A stretch of 64,000 nt of DNA from Acidobacteriota bacterium (GTDB lineage: Bacteria; Acidobacteriota; CAIWXX01), in the NCBI GenBank assembly GCA_040755995.1, contig JBFMAF010000008.1, forward strand, positions 96,001 through 160,000. Direction: 5' to 3'. A model generated the notes under the pieces. The model saw only the letters and a program-made list of their open reading frames with translations. It was not told the origin of the DNA and did not search any database. A program made the translations under genes and the position numbers. Below, piece by piece: positions 57,341-64,000 of this stretch (positions within the stretch are counted from its first letter, which is position 1; each line of letters opens with the position of its first letter).

Positions 57341-60094
57341 TCATCTTGGAATTGGGTCCTCCGGCAGCGCAACCGGGTGCGGGCCTATGGACCAGCCGGT
57401 GCGGCCGCGGATGAGCGCCTTGCGTGCGAGCTTCTTCCCGGCAACCTCGAGCGTCACCGCGTATTCGCCCGGCTCGACCGGCCCCACAGACGTGGCTGTC
57501 GCGGGTGCATCGGCGTCCGAGGGCTTTGCCGGTCTCATGTCCCACAGCACCTTGTTGATTCCCTCCTCGGCCGGGCCCTCCAGCTCGACGAGCACCGCGC
57601 CCTTGGAATCGGCTACGGTGACCTTCGCCTTGGCGCTGGATTTCTCGCGGAGGTGGTAGTTGATCACGATCGCGTCGGGCTCGTTCGGGGTCGACAGGTG
57701 CCGGTCGCCCAGCCATGCGTAGCTTCCCCAACCCCTGGTCGCCCGCTGCGCCATCGGCTCGATCTCGAACAGGTGCGCCTCCTCATCGAGGATGGCCGGC
57801 GTCAATTCCTGGAGAGGTGTGATATCGGCGACGAACAAGCCGCGGCCGTACGTGGCGACAACGAGATCGTTCTCGCGTGGATGGATCAGCAGGTCCGTCA
57901 CCTTGACCCAGGGCAGGTTGCTCTTCACGCCCAGCCAGCTCGCTCCGGCGTCGATCGACGCGTACAGACCGTGATCGGTTCCCGCGAACAGCAGGTCGGA
58001 GTTCTTGCGATCTTGAATCACGACATTGACTGGCTTCTCGGGCAAGTCGCCCGCGATTGATTGCCAGGTCTGCCCGTAGTCGGTCGTCCGGAACAGATAC
58101 GGCGTGGCGTCGTCCTGGCGAAATCCTGTCTTCGACACGAACGCCGCGCCCGCGTGGTGAGGTGAGGCGAAGACGCGGCTCACCCACCGATCCTCGGGCC
58201 CGCCCGCGGCTGCGATCCGCCCCGTACAATCGTTCCAGGTCTTCCCGGCATCGCGCGTCACCTGAACCTTGCCGTCGTCCGTGCCCGCCCAGATGACGCC
58301 CGCCGCCACAGGCGACTCGCAGATCGTTGTGATTGTGCAGAAGGTTATTGCCGGGCCGCCGGCCGCGATCTTCGCCTTGTCCCCAGTCGTCAGGTGGGGG
58401 CTGATCTCCTCCCAATGGTCGCCGCGATCGGTAGACCTGAGGAGCACCTCAGCGCCGGTGTAGATCACCGAGCTGTTGTGCGGCGAGATGTGGAGCGGCG
58501 GAGTCCAGTTGAAGCGGTATGGCTCCTTCCCTTCGCCTCGCCTGGGCTTGATATCTCTGCGCGTACCAAGCTTCTGATCCACGCGGCTGTGCCCGCCGAA
58601 CTGGAAGGTATTGTAGACCCAGCGGCTGTCATGGTGATCCACCTGGTTGTACATGCCGTCCTCGACACCGACCGTCACCCAGTCGTCCATCGTCACCTCA
58701 CCCGACCATCCGTTGCTCGGGCCCTTCCACGAATCGTGATCCTGAAGGCCGCCGTAGATGTTGTACGGATCTGCCATGTCGACGCCCGCGGCGTAGAACT
58801 CGCCCAACGGGATATTGTAGACATGATCGCATGTCTCGCCTCCATCGTAGGTCACGTGGACACCGCCGTCGCTCCCGAAAAGCATGCGGTTCGAATTCTG
58901 CGGGTCGATCCAGAGCGTGCGCACGTCGCCGAAGGCCTTGGTGAAGAGCTCGGTGGGCTCGTCTCCCACATCGCGCCAGGTCTTGCCGCCGTCGGTCGAG
59001 CTGCTGAGGTACACGCCGGTGACATAGATCTTCATGTCGTCGCTGGGGTCGACCCTGATCTGGTTGAAAGAATACGGCGCCTTGGTCCCCAGCGCTTCCT
59101 GGCCCGTATTCGTCCTTTTCCAGGTTCGTCCCGCGTCATCGCTCCTGTAGACCTCTCCGCCGATGATCCGTTCCTGCGGCTCCCGCCCGTCTTTCCGGTC
59201 CTGCGCTGCTTCTTCGTCCGTCGGCGGACGCTTGTTGGCGTTCTCGACGAAGGCGTACACAATGCTGGGGTTCTTCTGACATAGGTCCAAGCCGATTCTT
59301 CCGATCTTGCCGGTGGGCAGCCCGCTCTTCAGCCGCGACCAGGTCTGGCCGCCATCGAAGGTCCTGTACACGGCGCTCTCCGGGCCTCCTTCCTCGAAAT
59401 GCCACGGGAGGCGCTCCTTCTCGTACGCCGCGGCATAGAGAACGCCCGGGTTCGAATCATCCATCACCAGGTCGATCACCCCGACCTTTTCGTTGATGTC
59501 GAGGCACTTCTGCCAGGTCTCCCCGCCGTCGACGGTCTTGAAGACGCCCCTTTCTACGTTTGTAGTAAAGAGATGTCCCATGGCGGCCACGTAGACGATG
59601 TCGGGATTCGAGGGGTGGATCACGATGCGGGCAACATGGTGCGAGTCGCGCAGGCCCATGTTGCGCCACGTCTTCCCGCCGTCGGTCGACTTGTAGACGC
59701 CGTCGCCGCGGTTGGAGCTGCGAGCGCAGTAGGCCTCGCCCGTCCCGACCCAGACGACATCCGGGTTCGACGGCGCCACGGCAACATCTCCGATCGACAA
59801 CACGGGTTGCTCGTCGAAGATCGGCTGGAAGGTGGTCCCGTTGTTCGTCGTCTTCCAGACACCGCCGTTCCTTGTGGCAACGTAGAACGTGTAGAGGTGA
59901 GCCTGAGCCGGCGAGTCGGGGACGGCGAAATCAGTCACCCACGACCCGGCGCGGAAAGGGCCCAGATTGCGAAACTCGAGTGCCTTGAGCAGGTCCGCGT
60001 CGAAACGACTCTCCGCGCCCGCCGCGGCGGCGGAAACGATGTACGCGAGTAGTATTCCTCCACTCCTGAACCTCATCGGTGCTCCCGTGGCCAT
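57341..60094 (-). CDS. Secreted VPS10/sortilin-like beta-propeller (putative glycosyl hydrolase)
   Basis: FRNLGP, GGVWKTTNNGTTF.PIFD, WVGTGE, KSTDGGKTW repeats, GGLQD, ATYGRG; GGAGG RBS. Confidence 0.9.
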   Translation of the reverse strand: MATGAPMRFRSGGILLAYIVSAAAAGAESRFDADLLKALEFRNLGPFRAGSWVTDFAVPDSPAQAHLYTFYVATRNGGVWKTTNNGTTFQPIFDEQPVLSIGDVAVAPSNPDVVWVGTGEAYCARSSNRGDGVYKSTDGGKTWRNMGLRDSHHVARIVIHPSNPDIVYVAAMGHLFTTNVERGVFKTVDGGETWQKCLDINEKVGVIDLVMDDSNPGVLYAAAYEKERLPWHFEEGGPESAVYRTFDGGQTWSRLKSGLPTGKIGRIGLDLCQKNPSIVYAFVENANKRPPTDEEAAQDRKDGREPQERIIGGEVYRSDDAGRTWKRTNTGQEALGTKAPYSFNQIRVDPSDDMKIYVTGVYLSSSTDGGKTWRDVGDEPTELFTKAFGDVRTLWIDPQNSNRMLFGSDGGVHVTYDGGETCDHVYNIPLGEFYAAGVDMADPYNIYGGLQDHDSWKGPSNGWSGEVTMDDWVTVGVEDGMYNQVDHHDSRWVYNTFQFGGHSRVDQKLGTRRDIKPRRGEGKEPYRFNWTPPLHISPHNSSVIYTGAEVLLRSTDRGDHWEEISPHLTTGDKAKIAAGGPAITFCTITTICESPVAAGVIWAGTDDGKVQVTRDAGKTWNDCTGRIAAAGGPEDRWVSRVFASPHHAGAAFVSKTGFRQDDATPYLFRTTDYGQTWQSIAGDLPEKPVNVVIQDRKNSDLLFAGTDHGLYASIDAGASWLGVKSNLPWVKVTDLLIHPRENDLVVATYGRGLFVADITPLQELTPAILDEEAHLFEIEPMAQRATRGWGSYAWLGDRHLSTPNEPDAIVINYHLREKSSAKAKVTVADSKGAVLVELEGPAEEGINKVLWDMRPAKPSDADAPATATSVGPVEPGEYAVTLEVAGKKLARKALIRGRTGWSIGPHPVALPEDPIPR

Positions 60095-60368
60095 TCTGCC
60101 TCCTCTCGACTGTGCATCCGTCACATTCTATCCCGATTGCCCCGGCACGCCGAAGGTCGAGGTTCGAATCTACAGAGCGGATATGCTTGACAGGGCCTGA
60201 GAGCCGGCCTAGAGTCTCAATCAGAATGATTCCGCTTCGCAGTCGCTGCGCACTGAGGAGGGCGATCACTCGGCCCGGCGAGGGTGCCCGTCGGCCCGCG
60301 GCCCAACGAAGCAGATCCATCAGCCTGGACGATAATGTCTTATAGGCCATCATGAAGGAGGACTCATA

Positions 60369-61202
60369 ATGACGTTTCCAATCGACGGAATAAGGATGCC
60401 CCCGGCGGGCTCTACGCGGGCAGGCGGGGACGAGAGCGTGATCATATCCAAGGGCCAGACACTCGATTCAATCGCATCCGGTCACAACGTCTCTGTTGAA
60501 GATCTCAGGAAAGCCAATCCGCAAATCAAGGACGGCGCGGATATCCATCCCGGCCAGGAGTTGACAATCCCTGCCGGCACGAGAGAGCAGCCACGAACCC
60601 CGGAGATGGCGCGCGCCGGCGGCGTGCAGTACGAGGAATCCAAGCCGAACCTCTTCAGCGAGCTCGCTAGAGGGCTCCCACCCGCGGGTGGAACAGCCGC
60701 GGGCGGAGCAGGCATGGAGTCATTCAGCGTAGGTGCGCGCGGACTCCTACCGTCGATCGGCGGCCCAAACGCGCTCGTGTCGCCGGAGAAGATGCTGGAG
60801 CTCGCGAAGACCGTGCAGTCTGTGGCTGATGGGGTACAGTTCGGGCAGGAGCTCGACGGTAAGCTGCAGGATCTGCAGGACGCACGCGACAAGAACAGGC
60901 CCGCCAGCGAACTGAAGCGCAAGGAGGAGCAGCTGGTGATGGCCTGCGAGGGTCGTGCGACGAAGATCCACGACCGTATCAGCGCGCTCAGCAAGAAGGA
61001 CCCTCTCGACAACACGGACAAGCTGGAGATGGCAGCGTTGTACACCGAGCTATCGGGAATCGAGCAGACGCTCGAGCAGAACCTGCAGGTGGATACGGTG
61101 AGGAACAAGGCCCTGAACCCGGAGAACCAGAACGGAGTGAGCAAGCGACTCGCGCAGGTGGAGCAGGTTCTCCAGGAGAAGATCGGGGACGCATACAAGT
61201 AG
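60369..61202 (+). CDS. LysM-domain protein with a C-terminal helical/coiled-coil region
   Basis: ISKGQTLDSIA..HNVSVEDL.KANPQI....I.PGQELTIP; AAGGAGG RBS. Confidence 0.8.
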   Translation: MTFPIDGIRMPPAGSTRAGGDESVIISKGQTLDSIASGHNVSVEDLRKANPQIKDGADIHPGQELTIPAGTREQPRTPEMARAGGVQYEESKPNLFSELARGLPPAGGTAAGGAGMESFSVGARGLLPSIGGPNALVSPEKMLELAKTVQSVADGVQFGQELDGKLQDLQDARDKNRPASELKRKEEQLVMACEGRATKIHDRISALSKKDPLDNTDKLEMAALYTELSGIEQTLEQNLQVDTVRNKALNPENQNGVSKRLAQVEQVLQEKIGDAYK

Positions 61203-61319
61203 TGGGTCCCATCTCGGATACGCCGCATACACCTCAGCCCGGGCCTGGTGTGATGACGTCAGAGTTGCTGCGCGCGGGAGGGTTGATCAGCTTCGCAACG
61301 AAGAGCGAGGGGAGTCGCG

Positions 61320-62159
61320 ATGTCAGAACGAGAAAGATACCGGCTCTACTGGATCACTAGTATTCTCTGTGCGCTGCTTTCTCCGCTGCTGCTCTGGCGG
61401 TTCTGGCAGGCGGACGTGCCCTTCACTTTCCGTCCCAACGAGTTCTTCCCGACGTTCACGCTCAGCATGCTCTTGAGCATCCCGGCGACGATGCTGTTCG
61501 AGCTGCTGGTGAACCTGCTCAGGGGGAGAGGCGTCAAGATCTGGATTGCCCGCCCTTCGACGGAAAGCACGTACACGGCCCGTGAGGGCCTGGACGATTG
61601 CTGCAAGGCAGTCCTCGCGCGGCTCGAAGAACTCGGCTTCGCGCCGGTGCTGGACGAGCCGTCGCCTGGCACGCGGCGCATCAGCTGCCTGAGGCCGAAG
61701 GCGGCGCGAGTGCAGGCGTTCACCGACCACGCGTTTTTCGGGGAAGTCGTTCTCAGGCCGTCGGCGTGGGGGACCGAGATCAACGCGCGCATGACGTTCG
61801 ACGACATCGTGGTCATCGAAACCGAGGAGACGGCGCATCTGCAGGCTCTCTGCGAATACCTCTGCCTGCAAACTGCCGCGCTGAACCTGACGTCGGTGCC
61901 GCTGACGCTATACTGCGGCATGCTCATGGCATTCGCCACACAGGCGTTGTCCGCCGTCGCCGCCTACCACATTCACACCCCGATCGATCCCTACTATCTT
62001 TCGATCGCGGCGATGGCTCTGACAGGCGCTGCGATGGTATTGACGCTCATGGATCGCAGGCGTCTGTACGGCTTCACGTTGGGCCTGGTCGGACTCTTCG
62101 TCGCTTCCGTACCGCTGTTGAGCGCGCTCATGAGGCTGGCAGCCGCGTACGCGAGGTGA
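61320..62159 (+). CDS. Hypothetical membrane protein
   Basis: 2 N-terminal and about 3 C-terminal hydrophobic helices around a soluble domain; GGAG RBS. Confidence 0.7.
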   Translation: MSERERYRLYWITSILCALLSPLLLWRFWQADVPFTFRPNEFFPTFTLSMLLSIPATMLFELLVNLLRGRGVKIWIARPSTESTYTAREGLDDCCKAVLARLEELGFAPVLDEPSPGTRRISCLRPKAARVQAFTDHAFFGEVVLRPSAWGTEINARMTFDDIVVIETEETAHLQALCEYLCLQTAALNLTSVPLTLYCGMLMAFATQALSAVAAYHIHTPIDPYYLSIAAMALTGAAMVLTLMDRRRLYGFTLGLVGLFVASVPLLSALMRLAAAYAR

Positions 62160-62172
62160 GATCAAATCACCG

Positions 62173-62201
62173 TTGAACCGGCATCGCTTTCGGCGTATAG
62201 T
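62173..62201 (+). promoter_or_regulatory. Sigma70 promoter
   Basis: TTGAAC-17 nt-TATAGT. Confidence 0.55.
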
Positions 62202-62279
62202 CTGTGGCGTACAACATTCTCCAGAGGATCGATGAGTGACTCGCCGGAGGCCATTCCTCCGGACTTGCAGGAGGGGGCA

Positions 62280-63926
62280 ATGAAAAAGCTAGCGCTTCGC
62301 ACCGTCATGATGCTCGCCCTGGCCGGCCTTGGACTGGTCGTCGCCGGCTTCACCAACGCGCCGTTTGGCAAGAAGATCAAGATGGTTGTCAGCGGGAAGA
62401 CGTCGTTCAAGCGCATGTACGGCATGCCGGGGTGGACACCGGTCACACCGCCGGATGCCGGAGGCAAACCAGCTGCGGCCCCGTACTTCATGGGCTTCTT
62501 CAAGGGCCAGTATGAGTCAGGCGGGTACTCCTACCAGGGTGTATTCGCCGGGATTTTCGAGGCCTCGGCGATCGTGTTCGCGAAGAGCCCGCTGGTGTCC
62601 GGTTCCTCATCGACGACCATAATCGATGGGGGCGGCGGCTGGCTTCCCGTGGCGGCAGGGCGCGGCTCGATGGGCGCGTTCTTTCACTCACAGTGGAAGT
62701 ACTCGTACGCATCGGGACTAGACGGAGCGGCGACGCAGCCGATCGAGTACTACCTGCGTGAGTTCGACGCGCAGGGCAACCCGGTGGGACCTGCCACGAA
62801 GATCCTGAGCTCCCCGCCGCCCAAGACGGCCGGTGCCAGCCAGCCGCCTGAACCGACGCGCGGCCCGCCGATGGACTATCCGTACTACTACGAGAACAAT
62901 CTCACTTTCGCGTATGGCCCGACCGGCGCTGTCTACCTGGGCGCCACCGAGAGCTGGAGCCGCTATACTGCGGGGGACGCCGGGCCGGTACGCTACGAGG
63001 GTCCGTATTCCTCCCAGTTCTGGCAACTCTATACGACGAAGTACCAGGGATCCAGCAGCCAGTGGAAGAAGCAGCTCTGGAAGTCCGGCCCCGAGACTGA
63101 CTCGGTCATAACGGGGTCGCAAGCGTTCGACAGAACGAACTGGGCCGTGGGCACGGTCAACACATATGATGTGGCGGTGCGCGAGGCAGTGGAGCGCGGC
63201 AGCTACGCGCCGATCATCAGGAACGACCTTTACAGCTTCCTGTATACGTACGGCGCTGCGAGCCCGCAGCCGCAGGCGCCGACCGGCCGAAAGGTGGTTA
63301 AGATCGCGAGCACGGATCAGGGCAATGAACGATCGTACCAGTCCGGGCAGGTGCTTCTCGACGAGAATGGAGAACCGGCGAACGTGATCTTCTACCAGTT
63401 CCGCGACCTGACCGCACAACGACACTGCACGCTCGAAAAGTACGTCGCTCGCTACTTCTTCCAGACGATGAAGAATGGGAACCCATCGGGCAGCCCCGTC
63501 GAGATCACCGTGCCGGTATGGAACCACAAGATCAAGCCGAGCGCCAACATCGAGACGGACGAGTATGATGAGCTGATCAGTGAGCTGCTTCCTGTGGGCG
63601 AGAACAGGTATCTCGGGTTCCTGAGCCGCAACCTGAGCGTCAAGCCGGTGTCGAACGCGGCGCAGCCGTCGGATCCGGCAGCGGCCAACAGCGAGAACCA
63701 GTTGAACGTCGTGGTGTTCAACCTCGACAAGAAGACCGGTTCATTCGTAGGCAGCCTGATCCTCGGTATGCTGGAGCACGACTATCTCGAGAGGACGACG
63801 CTGATGTCCTCCGGGACCGACCTTCTCTTCTACGTGGAACGCGTCAACACAACAGGCGATTGGGACAAGTGGAGGCGCGAACCGTGCTGGGCCTCGGCTA
63901 CCGTCGAGGACTTCGTCTCGGACTGA
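62280..63926 (+). CDS. Hypothetical secreted protein (Tyr/Gly/Ser-rich, beta-rich)
   Basis: MKKLALRTVMMLALAGLGLVVAG signal peptide; GGAGG RBS; long open frame. Confidence 0.7.
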   Translation: MKKLALRTVMMLALAGLGLVVAGFTNAPFGKKIKMVVSGKTSFKRMYGMPGWTPVTPPDAGGKPAAAPYFMGFFKGQYESGGYSYQGVFAGIFEASAIVFAKSPLVSGSSSTTIIDGGGGWLPVAAGRGSMGAFFHSQWKYSYASGLDGAATQPIEYYLREFDAQGNPVGPATKILSSPPPKTAGASQPPEPTRGPPMDYPYYYENNLTFAYGPTGAVYLGATESWSRYTAGDAGPVRYEGPYSSQFWQLYTTKYQGSSSQWKKQLWKSGPETDSVITGSQAFDRTNWAVGTVNTYDVAVREAVERGSYAPIIRNDLYSFLYTYGAASPQPQAPTGRKVVKIASTDQGNERSYQSGQVLLDENGEPANVIFYQFRDLTAQRHCTLEKYVARYFFQTMKNGNPSGSPVEITVPVWNHKIKPSANIETDEYDELISELLPVGENRYLGFLSRNLSVKPVSNAAQPSDPAAANSENQLNVVVFNLDKKTGSFVGSLILGMLEHDYLERTTLMSSGTDLLFYVERVNTTGDWDKWRREPCWASATVEDFVSD

Positions 63927-64000
63927 CCCCAGGGTGTCAAGCTACGGGCGTCCCTGGCCTCGCAGCATCTCCCAAGCGTTCGTGGACGTAGACGTCGACG

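Noticed and set aside
60150..60180. GGTTCGAATC resembling a tRNA T-loop
   Set aside because: Flanks do not form a T-stem or cloverleaf
60307..60335. Possible sigma28 promoter (GACGATAA) before the LysM gene
   Set aside because: -35 element and spacing do not fit well; too weak to call

Overview
GC-rich bacterial DNA. The gene content suggests an anaerobic, polymer- and peptide-degrading Acidobacteriota-like organism (inference from a VWFA-Acidobacterial-type protein, VPS10/BNR propellers, and M14/S8/C45/M19 peptidases). Main content: (1) a group 3c [NiFe]-hydrogenase operon mvhD-mvhG-mvhA plus an SDR gene, facing a convergent hdrD-like/hdrA operon, with a vapBC pair and a GTAG-REP palindrome between them; (2) deoB, a propeller/Y_Y_Y sensor fused to a Ser/Thr kinase, pnuC-nadR, and a NapH-like polyferredoxin with an FNR-type box at -41.5 and an apparently leaderless start; (3) methyltransferases, DinB, a dipeptidase, a patatin-Omp85 protein, a Cache sensor with a Cys4 tail, a stand-alone PilQ-like STN domain, a lipid kinase and a VWA protein; (4) a CBM-C45-M1-like chimeric hydrolase, MarR with a B12 radical SAM enzyme, and a GT-C enzyme; (5) an HK/sigma54-activator/AAA-less REC-Fis operon divergent from a subtilase with a -24/-12 promoter; (6) many toxin-antitoxin-type modules, several decayed, plus an unnamed coupled two-gene pair at 39413-39888 that is the best candidate for an undescribed TA-like system. 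No rRNA, tRNA, CRISPR array, integrase or transposase was recognised. All calls come from reading motifs by eye; no database searches were run.
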